From IMG/VR virus record IMGVR_UViG_2595698513_000001, positions 30,745 through 94,744 of that record: DNA of 64,000 bases; one strand, given 5' to 3'. This DNA is from a virus (lineage: Duplodnaviria > Heunggongvirae > Uroviricota > Caudoviricetes > Demerecviridae). Both the position numbers and the translations under genes were made by a program. The notes beneath the pieces are model-generated. The model was not told the DNA's origin. It was given only the letters and a program-made list of their open reading frames with translations, and searched no databases. Shown here in pieces: positions 8,586 through 16,829 of the stretch. Every line of letters starts with the position of its first letter. Position 1 is the stretch's first letter.

Positions 8586-8954
8586 ATGGATAGTACATTC
8601 CAAGGCTACATAGGTGAAATGAAAGCAAAAGCTTATTTCGCAGCCCTAGGGTATTATGTATTTAGCGATGACTCTGGTAATTCGCCAGTAGACTTTTTAG
8701 TAATGAAAGACGGCATCGTAAAGAAAGTACAAGTAAAAAGCACCAGAGGACGCAACAAAGCAGACACTGGTTGGGAGGTACAACTAAAATCTGTACGCAC
8801 AAATAAGACAGCAAACAAAGTAAAGCACTTTGATAATACTGCCCAAGACTTCTTATTTGTTTACTTTCCAGAAATAGACAAGTATAAGCTACTTATCTCT
8901 AGCGAGATAACGCAAAAAGCCGCTATGCTAGTCAAAGATATAGAATTAAGGTAG
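8586..8954 (+). CDS. small PD-(D/E)xK-like nuclease (putative)
   Basis: PVDFLVMKDGIVKKVQVKS resembles D-(D/E)xK core; lies inside tRNA cluster where homing nucleases are common. Confidence 0.4.
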   Translation: MDSTFQGYIGEMKAKAYFAALGYYVFSDDSGNSPVDFLVMKDGIVKKVQVKSTRGRNKADTGWEVQLKSVRTNKTANKVKHFDNTAQDFLFVYFPEIDKYKLLISSEITQKAAMLVKDIELR

Positions 8955-9041
8955 GTCAATCCGAAAGCTGGCGACGGAAACTGGTTTGAACCCAGTCGAG
9001 TGTAGTGATACGCCTTGAGAGTTCGACCCTCTCACCTACCG
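8950..9041 (+). tRNA. tRNA-Ser (UGA), class II
   Basis: Acceptor GGTAGGT/ACCTACC; anticodon stem ACTGG/CCAGT; loop TTTGAAC; long variable arm. Confidence 0.7.
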
Positions 9042-9137
9042 CCAATTAGAGCACAGAGGTTCGGGTTCCCCTCTGTATGCGTATGAGTCCTGATGCTGGG
9101 CGGCTGCGGTGAAACTCCGAAGGGCAGATTAATTAAT

Positions 9138-9221
9138 GCGTACTGAAGACTGAGCGGTCGGTCACTAGCCTTCCAAGCTAGCGCCCTTAATCGGGATAGG
9201 GTTCGACTCCCTCTGTACGCT
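9138..9221 (+). tRNA. tRNA-Gly (UCC)-like with atypically long (~15 nt) variable region
   Basis: Acceptor GCGTACT/TGTACGC; anticodon stem CTAGC/GCTAG; loop CTTCCAA like E. coli Gly(UCC); discriminator U. Confidence 0.55.
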
Positions 9222-9345
9222 CCAAATTTCTGAATCTACTATATAAAGCACTAAGGTCAACGGTACAGTAGTTGGTAACGGGGTTCGAGTCCCGACTGGG
9301 GGTGTAAGAGACCCCGAGTGACGACCTAATTCAGAAAATATTAAA

Positions 9346-9374
9346 TTGCTAAACATCACGATTTAACGTATAAT
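9346..9374 (+). promoter_or_regulatory. T5-type early promoter driving tRNA-Thr
   Basis: TTGCTA-17-TATAAT; leader AGTTACATAAAGTTGAGAAACGAATC lacks GGAG and runs into tRNA at 9404. Confidence 0.65.
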
Positions 9375-9403
9375 AGTTACATAAAGTTGAGAAACGAATC
9401 AAA

Positions 9404-9476
9404 GCTTCCTTAGCTCAGTTGGGAGAGCAGCTCACTTGTAATGAGCAGGTCGTCCGTTCGAATCGGACAGGGAGCA
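9404..9476 (+). tRNA. tRNA-Thr (UGU)
   Basis: Anticodon stem GCTCA/TGAGC; loop CTTGTAA; driven by early promoter 9346-9374. Confidence 0.85.
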
Positions 9477-9498
9477 CCATTTATTTACGGAGAAGAAG

Positions 9499-9681
9499 AT
9501 GATTTATTTTAAAAATAAAGCAGGCAAAACTGGCGTTGTATCTTTTGATGATGCCGAATATGAGCTTCAAGCAGTCCAAAACCCGCAGGAGTTACACAAA
9601 GATGTAACTGTAGCTGTACGCGGTTTACCGAAAGACTGTTTACCCGCAGAGAAAACTGCTTTCTTAACCGTAGTCAAATAA
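9499..9681 (+). CDS. hypothetical small protein
   Basis: RBS GGAGAAGAAG then ATG; sits between tRNAs. Confidence 0.5.
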   Translation: MIYFKNKAGKTGVVSFDDAEYELQAVQNPQELHKDVTVAVRGLPKDCLPAEKTAFLTVVK

Positions 9682-9686
9682 ACAAT

Positions 9687-9759
9687 AGGGGATTAGCTCA
9701 GTTGGTAGAGCATCGGAATTTGACTCCGAGGGTCGCAGGTTCAAGTCCTGCATCCCCCG
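9687..9759 (+). tRNA. tRNA-Gln (UUG)
   Basis: Anticodon stem TCGGA/TCCGA; loop ATTTGAC; A1-C72 mismatch. Confidence 0.75.
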
Positions 9760-10027
9760 CCATTTTTGGGTACTAAACGTTACATATAACTATGTGGTGA
9801 AAGTAGCTTGTAACAATCCTAGGTGAATGTGCTAATACACCCTAGACCCAATATTTTATTACTCTATTGTGAACGTGCTATGTCTCACCGGAGACCGCTA
9901 ACGACGGATGTACTTACCGCTGCATTTGCAAGTAACCAGTTTCATTGTAGCATAAAGCTACCTAGTTGTAGTTATGACCGAGAATAAGCCAATATGAGGT
10001 CGGGTATAGAGAACATTAATCATTTTT

Positions 10028-10101
10028 GCAGGATTAGCTCAGTAGAGTAGAGCACTTCCCTTACAAGGAAGGGGTCGTAGGTTCAAGTCCTACATCCTGT
10101 A
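10028..10101 (+). tRNA. tRNA-Val (UAC)
   Basis: Anticodon stem CTTCC/GGAAG; loop CTTACAA. Confidence 0.8.
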
Positions 10102-10188
10102 CCATCTTTAAGCGGTTCAGCCAATAAAAGTTAGGATATATGCCCTAGCCTGCTTAAAAATGGTAACATAATAACAAAGGATGAAGAT

Positions 10189-10593
10189 ATGCAACTTGAT
10201 GAAATGCAAGCTAAATTGCTTGAAGTACGTAAAGCAGGTAACAAAGTTGGTCGTGCAGTAATGCAGTCACTTATTGCTGACTTTGACAAACAAGCACGTA
10301 CTGGTAAAGAAGTTGATGGTATGGCACTTATTCGTAAGTACCTAGACAACGCCAAAACTAACATGCAGCTAGAAGTACAGCGAAAGAACTCAGCAGGGGC
10401 TAAAGCATACGGCCTAGAAGCAGCATTTCTAGAGTCTCTATTGCCTAAGCAATTAACTGACGAACAGCTTCGTAACATTATCGAAACTGGTGACTTCAAA
10501 AACATTGGTGAAGTAATGAAGTTTCTTCGCTTCAACTACCAAGGTCAATATGACGGTGGTGTAGCTTCTAAAATTGCTCGTGAGGTTCTATGA
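10189..10593 (+). CDS. GatB/YqeY-domain protein
   Basis: LPKQLTDEQL...IGEVMKFL...DGGVASKIAREVL pattern typical of YqeY; RBS AAGGATG. Confidence 0.6.
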   Translation: MQLDEMQAKLLEVRKAGNKVGRAVMQSLIADFDKQARTGKEVDGMALIRKYLDNAKTNMQLEVQRKNSAGAKAYGLEAAFLESLLPKQLTDEQLRNIIETGDFKNIGEVMKFLRFNYQGQYDGGVASKIAREVL

Positions 10594-10820
10594 ATCCAGT
10601 AGAAGTTAAAACAAAACTTGACATTGTTGATGGTGAGTTAAAAGACCTCACCCTCAAAGCAAAAGTTCTAGCAGAACAAAAAAGAAAGCTAGAAAGTGAA
10701 AGAGCACGTCTACGAGCTATTCAACAAACAGCTTGTGACCATCCAAGAGAAGCTCGTAGTTCTGTTATGGTTAATAACGAACCCGAATACTTCTGTACGT
10801 TGTGTGGTAAAGATTTTTAG
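10590..10820 (+). CDS. hypothetical protein with C-terminal CxxC pairs
   Basis: ATGA overlap; coiled-coil plus C..C...C..C tail. Confidence 0.5.
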   Translation: MNPVEVKTKLDIVDGELKDLTLKAKVLAEQKRKLESERARLRAIQQTACDHPREARSSVMVNNEPEYFCTLCGKDF

Positions 10821-10887
10821 GGCTGAGCAGGTGGCTGCAAAGCGGATTCCAAACCCGCCTACGTAGGTTCGACTCCTACCAGTTCTG
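10819..10887 (+). tRNA. tRNA-Trp (CCA)
   Basis: Acceptor AGGGCTG/CAGTTCT with G:U pairs; loop TTCCAAA. Confidence 0.65.
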
Positions 10888-10974
10888 CCAAATACTTGTG
10901 CCTAGAAACAAAGGTTGTGAAGGGTGACAGCTTTATAAGTCTCGGGAGTAACGCACTTCCATAGGTACAACAAT

Positions 10975-11047
10975 ACTTCCGTAGCTCAGTTGGTAGAGCA
11001 AACGACCGATAATCGTTAGGTCACTGGTTCGAGTCCAGTCGGGAGTA
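10975..11047 (+). tRNA. tRNA-Ile (GAU)
   Basis: Anticodon stem AACGA/TCGTT; loop CCGATAA. Confidence 0.85.
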
Positions 11048-11051
11048 CCAA

Positions 11052-11124
11052 GTCCCTTTAGCTCAGTGGTTAGAGCGTCCTGCTCATAACAGGAGGGTCA
11101 CTGGTTCAAGTCCAGTAAGGGGCA
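11052..11124 (+). tRNA. tRNA-Met (CAU)
   Basis: Anticodon stem TCCTG/CAGGA; loop CTCATAA; T-arm ACTGGTTCAAGTCCAGT. Confidence 0.8.
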
Positions 11125-11153
11125 CCATATTGCAATAGCACAACCCCGTGCTT

Positions 11154-11238
11154 GGGCGGTGTTCGCACTAGAATCGTAGTTGGCGAACTAAGTAATAAAA
11201 ACTAGGGGATCGTAGCATCCGCCCACCAATTCTAATTA
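11154..11238 (+). other. non-canonical tRNA-like element
   Basis: GGGCGG... / ...CCGCCCACCA acceptor-like pairing plus CCA; atypical T-loop. Confidence 0.25.
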
Positions 11239-11259
11239 TAAATATCATGGAGATACTAT

Positions 11260-11442
11260 ATGAAAACAGCTAACCTACTAAAGTTCGCGTCTGAAAAACC
11301 ATTCGTTGTAAACCGTCACAAGCGTTCTCAAGAAAAGTTGCGCTCTCAGTGCCAACGCCTTGTGAAATCCGGTCGTCTAGTAGAAGTTGAGAAGACACAT
11401 GATCAAGTCATGTACCGTACTCCAGAGTCACAAACAGAATAA
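11260..11442 (+). CDS. hypothetical small protein
   Basis: ORF between tRNAs; RBS GGAGA. Confidence 0.5.
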   Translation: MKTANLLKFASEKPFVVNRHKRSQEKLRSQCQRLVKSGRLVEVEKTHDQVMYRTPESQTE

Positions 11443-11443
11443 A

Positions 11444-11516
11444 GCGGGAATAGCTCAGTAGGTAGAGCACTTGGTTGAAGACCTTGGTGTCGCTGGTTCA
11501 ATTCCAGCTTCCCGCA
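11444..11516 (+). tRNA. tRNA-Phe (GAA)-like
   Basis: Loop TTGAAGA; anticodon stem has two U-U mismatches; otherwise canonical. Confidence 0.65.
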
Positions 11517-11527
11517 CCACTAACAAT

Positions 11528-11602
11528 GCGCGATTAGCTCAGATGGATAGAAGCAGCACCCTACGAAGGTGAAGGTCTGGGGTTCGAGTCCCTGATCGCG
11601 CG
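11528..11602 (+). tRNA. tRNA-Arg (ACG)
   Basis: Loop CTACGAA; T-arm TGGGGTTCGAGTCCCTG. Confidence 0.8.
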
Positions 11603-11609
11603 CCAAATT

Positions 11610-11696
11610 GGAGAGATGCCCGAACTGGTTAAGGGAGCTCCCTGCTAAGGAGTCGGCTGCTAACGTGGTCTGTGAGTTCAAATCTCACTCTCTCCG
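11610..11696 (+). tRNA. tRNA-Ser (GCU), class II
   Basis: Anticodon stem GCTCC/GGAGT; loop CTGCTAA; long variable arm. Confidence 0.8.
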
Positions 11697-11826
11697 CCAA
11701 TTAATATCCTAGTAACCACTAGGGAGTCCACGAGAACTCATAAGGATGCTCGAAGATGTTTTATTACTTTAATGATTTCTTTCCTGAAACCGTAACTCCT
11801 GTTGCGGTCACTATAAGGAGAGAAAC

Positions 11827-12030
11827 ATGTGGCACAGACACAAACTAAGAGTTAATTGGCATCGCCGTCTTAAAGACGATGATATTGCAATTGAAAACGG
11901 TTTTACCAACCGCTTGTTCAGACAGACGGATGTATACATGTACGATTTGTCTTGGTGGGATTACCCAAGTAGAACAGTACAGCGTAGTTGGAAAAGCCAA
12001 TCTAAGAAACGAAAACAATGGGAACGCTAG
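11827..12030 (+). CDS. hypothetical small Trp/Arg-rich protein
   Basis: Strong RBS TAAGGAGAG then ATG. Confidence 0.55.
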   Translation: MWHRHKLRVNWHRRLKDDDIAIENGFTNRLFRQTDVYMYDLSWWDYPSRTVQRSWKSQSKKRKQWER

Positions 12031-12055
12031 ACGTTCCCTTTCTTGTGGAGTAAAT

Positions 12056-12604
12056 ATGAAGAAACAAATCTATCTAGCAGGGGATATGCTAAACCGTGGT
12101 GCTCAACTTCAACGAGCGGAAGAAAAACGAGATTTACTTAATCTAGGTTACGAATTATACGTACCACAAGATAATAAAGATATAAATGATAAAGAAAATC
12201 TCAACTCGAATGATGGTCTAGCAGAAAAAATTGTTCGTGCAGATACTGATGGTATCATGAATTCTGATATTGTGGTTATGGAAGCCCGTGAAGCAGCACT
12301 CGGTACTTGTATTGAGCTAGGTCAAATCAAGGGCATGAAAGACGTTGCTAAAACAGTTAAGTTTATGATACGAGCAGGGGCTAGTATCGAAGAAATCGAA
12401 GCTTACATGACTGAAATCGAGAATAAGCTTGTACTAGTTCACAACTCGGATATTCGTCGTGCAGGTAATCCTACAGAAACAGGGGATAGACGTAGCTATG
12501 GGCCACACCAGTATATGTATGGTGTAGTGCTGGATGTTACTAACGGTCATGGTTTTTATGATTGGGGCGAGATTACATACATTCTAGATAAAGGTAACGT
12601 GTAA
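12056..12604 (+). CDS. nucleoside 2-deoxyribosyltransferase-like (Ndt/Rcl fold) protein
   Basis: IYLAGDML...ELYVPQ...SDIVV...AALGTCIELG resembles YLAGP.F / D.GT..E.G Ndt motifs. Confidence 0.55.
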   Translation: MKKQIYLAGDMLNRGAQLQRAEEKRDLLNLGYELYVPQDNKDINDKENLNSNDGLAEKIVRADTDGIMNSDIVVMEAREAALGTCIELGQIKGMKDVAKTVKFMIRAGASIEEIEAYMTEIENKLVLVHNSDIRRAGNPTETGDRRSYGPHQYMYGVVLDVTNGHGFYDWGEITYILDKGNV

Positions 12605-13236
12605 TGGATTTGTTTCAAAAGATTTGGGCAGCATTTGCTGTCCTATTAGTAGCTCTAGCGTGTGTTATTTCTGGGGCTGATTTATTTGTATCTACTTTAT
12701 CAATGGTAGGTATTCTATTCGTACTCGGTGTTTCGTTTAAGAAACCTGAATCTCAACTACTAGGGGCAGCTTTCTGTGGCTTCCTAGCCTATGCTTCCTT
12801 TGGGGCAGGGTTCTTTGCCAACGCCCTGGTTAATGGAGCATTTCTTCTTCCTGCAACTATATTTGGTTATTTCTATTGGAAACGGCGAACGGGCGCAGGT
12901 AATCTTGAGCGTAGTCTAAGTAAAACTCAGTTCATGCAAATGAGCACTGCTATAGCTACAGCTACGATTATAACATTTTTCTTTACAATAGGGGCTGGAG
13001 GAGCATTACCTTTACTAGATGCTTTCACTGCGGTGTTACCTGTAGCAGCTACCCTATTAATGATTGGAGCCTATAGAGACCAATGGTTACTATGGATTCC
13101 TTACAACGCGATACAAGCCTTTATGTGGTTTACCGCCGCATCTTTGCAACCTGCGGTACTGGCGGTATTCGTTGTTAAATTAGTATTCTTAATCAATTCC
13201 CTGATTGGATATTATTATTGGAGAAAAGAGGCGTAA
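12604..13236 (+). CDS. pnuC: PnuC-like nicotinamide riboside transporter
   Basis: ~7 TM, 210 aa, Trp-rich helices; WLLWIPYN and YYYWRK tail as in PnuC; ATGG overlap. Confidence 0.6.
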   Translation: MDLFQKIWAAFAVLLVALACVISGADLFVSTLSMVGILFVLGVSFKKPESQLLGAAFCGFLAYASFGAGFFANALVNGAFLLPATIFGYFYWKRRTGAGNLERSLSKTQFMQMSTAIATATIITFFFTIGAGGALPLLDAFTAVLPVAATLLMIGAYRDQWLLWIPYNAIQAFMWFTAASLQPAVLAVFVVKLVFLINSLIGYYYWRKEA

Positions 13237-13250
13237 GCCTCTTTCTTTAA
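13227..13250 (+). terminator. rho-independent terminator
   Basis: GAGGCGTAAGCCTC then TTTCTTT. Confidence 0.6.
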
Positions 13251-13258
13251 AGTTTTAT

Positions 13259-13287
13259 TTGCTAAACTCTCTTATTTCACGTATAAT
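13259..13287 (+). promoter_or_regulatory. early promoter TTGCTA-17-TATAAT
   Basis: Preceded by terminator 13227-13250. Confidence 0.6.
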
Positions 13288-13318
13288 TATTATATAAATT
13301 AATGAGAGAGGTTATCAA

Positions 13319-13579
13319 ATGATTGAATGTTGGGAATGGGCAGAAGTTGCTGCACACATTTTAGGTCTTCCAGAAGAAACTGACGAAGAAGTTGTAGAAC
13401 ATCATCTACTCCAAGAATACGGTCTAGACTTGGAAGGTTTTGGCAATATTGCCGATAAACTCCTTAGCATGACCGCGCCTATTGAGACTTCCATCGCTGG
13501 TTCAGTTGTACAGGCTTTTGTTAAGTTCGAAGACACACATGTACGAGCATTAGTTAAGAAGGACTTCAAAATTGATTAA
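13319..13579 (+). CDS. hypothetical acidic protein
   Basis: After promoter 13259-13287. Confidence 0.55.
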   Translation: MIECWEWAEVAAHILGLPEETDEEVVEHHLLQEYGLDLEGFGNIADKLLSMTAPIETSIAGSVVQAFVKFEDTHVRALVKKDFKID

Positions 13580-13719
13580 GTTATCTCTAGAACAAGCAGA
13601 AGTAGCATTAACTCTTTTAAATGATATTGAAGAAGAAAAGGGTACTTTACTACCACAGGAAGAACAGCTTCAAGCATACCTAGACGCAGCCATTGATGCT
13701 GAAAAAGATAAAAACTAAA

Positions 13720-13748
13720 TTGCTAAACTGCTGAGAAATCTGTATAAT
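13720..13748 (+). promoter_or_regulatory. T5-type early promoter plus conserved leader
   Basis: TTGCTA-17-TATAAT; AGTTCCATAAAGTTGAGAAACGGAGATTGTTATG. Confidence 0.7.
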
Positions 13749-13779
13749 AGTTCCATAAAGTTGAGAAACGGAGATTGTT

Positions 13780-14085
13780 ATGAAAAACGTAGTTATCAGT
13801 GAAAGCCTATTTAAAGCAATGATGGAGCAGTTAAGTTACTGGGCTGATTATTGTGACGACTCGGAAGGCTATCTAGCTGCTCTTATGGATGAAGTTCAGG
13901 AAGTTGCTAGTACTAAGGAGCCTAGAACTATAGGTTTATTCGATAAGCTACCAGAACCTACTTCTACGGAAGATGTAGTTATCCAAGGTACAGGTACTTT
14001 ACAGAAAGTTTGGAAAGTATCAGATGCAACTCCTCGTGGAAAAGCAGACAAAGTATTCGTATGGAAACTTGTGGGTATTAGTTAA
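13780..14085 (+). CDS. hypothetical early protein
   Basis: After promoter 13720-13748 plus conserved leader. Confidence 0.6.
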   Translation: MKNVVISESLFKAMMEQLSYWADYCDDSEGYLAALMDEVQEVASTKEPRTIGLFDKLPEPTSTEDVVIQGTGTLQKVWKVSDATPRGKADKVFVWKLVGIS

Positions 14086-14093
14086 AATTAAAT

Positions 14094-14167
14094 GGGTAGT
14101 AAGCTGAAGTGAACGAAGCGCGGGATTGCAAACCCCGTCTTACTCGGTTAAAGTCCGAGACTACCCT
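14094..14167 (+). tRNA. tRNA-Cys (GCA)
   Basis: GGGATTGCAAACCCC anticodon arm; discriminator U; T-loop TTAAAGT. Confidence 0.75.
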
Positions 14168-14183
14168 CCAAGGACTTATTGGT

Positions 14184-14257
14184 GTGACGTTGGCTGATGT
14201 GGAAATGGCTCCGGGTTGTGATTCCGGAAGATGCGGGTTCGAACCCCGTACGTCACC
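14184..14257 (+). tRNA. tRNA-His (GUG)
   Basis: Anticodon stem CCGGG/TCCGG; loop TTGTGAT; T-arm GCGGGTTCGAACCCCGT. Confidence 0.7.
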
Positions 14258-14286
14258 CCAATAAGTCTTTACTAAAGGAGATAACG

Positions 14287-14481
14287 ATGATTAAGAAAAT
14301 CATTAAACGTAACAAACAAAAATTCACTGCCATCTTTAAAGAAGGTCGAACTATGTTCCCTCGTGGTGAGTTTCACAATATTACATACCTAGGTGAATCA
14401 AACGGAAATAGTTTGTTCCGTGCTGATGAAGGTTTTGCATACAAAGGCATGACTTTCTGTAATGAAGCTACCTGGTCTTAA
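14287..14481 (+). CDS. hypothetical small protein
   Basis: RBS AAGGAGATAACG then ATG. Confidence 0.55.
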   Translation: MIKKIIKRNKQKFTAIFKEGRTMFPRGEFHNITYLGESNGNSLFRADEGFAYKGMTFCNEATWS

Positions 14482-14491
14482 ATAAACAAAT

Positions 14492-14565
14492 GCGCCCTTA
14501 GCTCAGCTGGATAGAGCACGTCCCTTCTAAGGATGTGGTCGTAGGTTCGAATCCTACAGGGCGTG
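14492..14565 (+). tRNA. tRNA-Arg (UCU)
   Basis: Loop CTTCTAA; T-arm GTAGGTTCGAATCCTAC. Confidence 0.85.
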
Positions 14566-14583
14566 CCATCTTTGGAGAAGATT

Positions 14584-14748
14584 ATGTTTACACTATTCGT
14601 AGTATGGCTTGTATTCCAAGGAATAACCTGTACTGCACTATCTGATTGTAAAAGTGAAGATATGTGTAATAAAATCATGTGGATGCCAACAGTAGTACGT
14701 TGGATTATCTTTACTGTCCCATCCCTAATTGTATGGGCTAATAAATAA
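14584..14748 (+). CDS. small membrane protein
   Basis: RBS GGAGAAG then ATG; hydrophobic 54 aa. Confidence 0.45.
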   Translation: MFTLFVVWLVFQGITCTALSDCKSEDMCNKIMWMPTVVRWIIFTVPSLIVWANK

Positions 14749-14752
14749 CAAC

Positions 14753-14836
14753 GCTGGCGTGGTGGAATTGGTAATACACGTGGGACTTAAAATCCCATGC
14801 CCTAGAGGATTGAGAGTTCGAGTCTCTCCGCCAGTA
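14753..14836 (+). tRNA. tRNA-Leu (UAA), class II
   Basis: Anticodon stem TGGGA/TCCCA; loop CTTAAAA; long variable arm. Confidence 0.8.
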
Positions 14837-14857
14837 CCAAATTCCTAAAAACTTGAG

Positions 14858-14886
14858 TTGCTAAGTAAGTCAATCTCAAGTATAAT
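14858..14886 (+). promoter_or_regulatory. early promoter TTGCTA-17-TATAAT
   Basis: Leader ATACACATAAATTGAAGAAGGAAACAGAATTATG. Confidence 0.65.
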
Positions 14887-14917
14887 ATACACATAAATTG
14901 AAGAAGGAAACAGAATT

Positions 14918-15541
14918 ATGAAAATGACAGTAACTAAAGCTCTTACTGAAATCAAAAAACTTGACAAACAAATCGCTAAGCTAGTTCAAAGCGGTCAGTT
15001 TATCCTAACAGCAACCCGTGGACATGTCCCAGGCTTCACAACTACTGAAGATGCTAGCAAAGCTGTTAAAGCTAACATGGATAAAGTACGCGCTCTTATG
15101 AAACGTCGTGCTCTTATCAAAGCTAAAGTTACTGCGTCTAACGCTGCAACTAAAGTTACAATCGGCGGAGTCGAAATGACTGTTGCAGAAGCAATTGAGC
15201 GTAAAGCCTCAATTGAGATGGACGAGACACTTCTTCAAGTCCTAAAACAACAGTTTAATCAAGTTACTAACAAACAAGTACGCCATGAGCAAATGGTTCA
15301 ATCTCAGATTGATTCTAAAGTCGAACAAGTATTCGGTAACGTGAAGAAAATCGACGCTAATGATGGTACTTACAAGGCTATCAAAGAACAGGTTGAACAA
15401 GCCAACAAGTTCGATATTGTTGACCCTAATAAACTTGCTGATGAAATCGAGAAGCTTGAAGAGTCTATCGACGACTTCAAAGCTAACGTTGACGTAGAGC
15501 TATCCGTAGCTAACGCGACTACTGAAATCGAAGTAGAATAA
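14918..15541 (+). CDS. coiled-coil early protein
   Basis: After promoter 14858-14886. Confidence 0.6.
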   Translation: MKMTVTKALTEIKKLDKQIAKLVQSGQFILTATRGHVPGFTTTEDASKAVKANMDKVRALMKRRALIKAKVTASNAATKVTIGGVEMTVAEAIERKASIEMDETLLQVLKQQFNQVTNKQVRHEQMVQSQIDSKVEQVFGNVKKIDANDGTYKAIKEQVEQANKFDIVDPNKLADEIEKLEESIDDFKANVDVELSVANATTEIEVE

Positions 15542-15864
15542 CGAATTTTCTAGGGGTTGGTGAAAAGATGTAACTAGCTCACTCCCACAAAGCGGTGGGG
15601 AGTATAATTACACCGCTTACCAACTAACGAATATTACAGAGGTTAATGTATGAACGCGTTTCGACTCTTGCAGGTCTAACCGCTTTCCTTAAATGAAAGT
15701 TCAGCTATTAACGGTCAATGTTCAAAGTTTAGTTGTTAAGTATTAAGTATTAGGTTTTATACTCTTATACTTTAACCCTTATAAAATCCCAGAGTAGTTT
15801 AGAGAGTGTTGAGGCTATCGACTCCAATCTTTGTACTGGGCTGCCAATTCCTAGAAACCCATTC

Positions 15865-15892
15865 AGCCCTTCACAACCGTGAGGGGCTTTTT
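15865..15892 (+). terminator. rho-independent terminator
   Basis: AGCCCTTCACAACCGTGAGGGGCT then TTTTT. Confidence 0.6.
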
Positions 15893-15908
15893 CGTAGGTG
15901 TCAAATTT

Positions 15909-16175
15909 ATGACAAAAATTGTTAATATAAAGAACGAAGATTGTGACGTGTATATCGGTAGAGGCTCACCATTAGGTAATCCTTTTTCTCGTGCTACATT
16001 TGGGAGACTGAAAGCAATCGAATTGTACCATAAACATTACTTACCTGCTCTCAGAGAACAAGGAAAGATTACGGATGAATATCTAATATCTCTAAAAGGT
16101 AAGAGACTAGGATGCCATTGCAAGCCACAACCTTGTCATGGAGATAAGCTAGTAGAGATTATAAACAATGCCTAA
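15909..16175 (+). CDS. DUF4326-like small protein
   Basis: VYIGRGSPLGNPF...CHCKPQPCHGD pattern. Confidence 0.5.
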   Translation: MTKIVNIKNEDCDVYIGRGSPLGNPFSRATFGRLKAIELYHKHYLPALREQGKITDEYLISLKGKRLGCHCKPQPCHGDKLVEIINNA

Positions 16176-16539
16176 CACATACGTAATTATTGGTGTACTT
16201 TTAATGTTGCTAGCGGGCGCAGGGGGTTTTGGGTATTACCAAACGAAGCAGCTAGCTGCTACGGAAGTGAAGCTAGAAGCTGCGAATTTGAAAGTTAAAG
16301 AGAAAGAAGCTACCATTACACAGCTTCAAATCGAAAATGGAAAAATTATAGAAAAAGCTCAACGGTATCAAGCCGATGCTCAGCGTACTCAGCAAGAAAA
16401 AGATAAAATACAGCAACAAGCTGTTAAAGACCTTGATAGGGTCGAGAAGATAGCTAAAAGAAAATCTAAGTTATATGAAAAAATTATAAATAGAGATTAT
16501 AAAGAGACACAGCAGGAGCTAGAGGAGTTAACACAATGA
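16168..16539 (+). CDS. i-spanin (Rz-like)
   Basis: N-terminal TM followed by long coiled-coil. Confidence 0.6.
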   Translation: MPNTYVIIGVLLMLLAGAGGFGYYQTKQLAATEVKLEAANLKVKEKEATITQLQIENGKIIEKAQRYQADAQRTQQEKDKIQQQAVKDLDRVEKIAKRKSKLYEKIINRDYKETQQELEELTQ

Positions 16540-16829
16540 GACGCTTACTACTACCTATACTCTTGTTGTCAGGCTGCGTATCTGTTGAACCTAAACCTGA
16601 AAATATAGAACTTCAAAAATACATACCCAATAAACCAAGCCCTGTCCAAACTTATTCCGTTAATTGGAAAGTAGATAGCAATGGTAACGTTTATCTTTCT
16701 AGCACAGATGGTGTAAAAGTCAATGCGGAAAGAAAGGATATGATTAGATATATAAAAGATTTACAAAATATTGTTTGTTATTACGAAAACTCATACTCAT
16801 TCTGTAAGGAGAATATTAATGAAAAATAA
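16536..16829 (+). CDS. outer-membrane lipoprotein, putative o-spanin
   Basis: Lipobox LLLSGC; ATGA coupling to i-spanin. Confidence 0.45.
   Translation: MRRLLLPILLLSGCVSVEPKPENIELQKYIPNKPSPVQTYSVNWKVDSNGNVYLSSTDGVKVNAERKDMIRYIKDLQNIVCYYENSYSFCKENINEK

Noticed and set aside
7356-9359. ORF-track entries overlapping the tRNA cluster (7356-7589 +, 7708-7896 -, 8040-8252 -, 8376-8603 -, 9165-9359 -)
   Set aside because: They coincide with tRNA genes or structured RNA, including on the antisense strand. No RBS. The translations are low-complexity.
10131-10535. 134-aa minus-strand ORF
   Set aside because: Exact antisense of the well-supported YqeY-like gene (10189-10593). Ser/Cys/Arg-rich translation typical of antisense frames.
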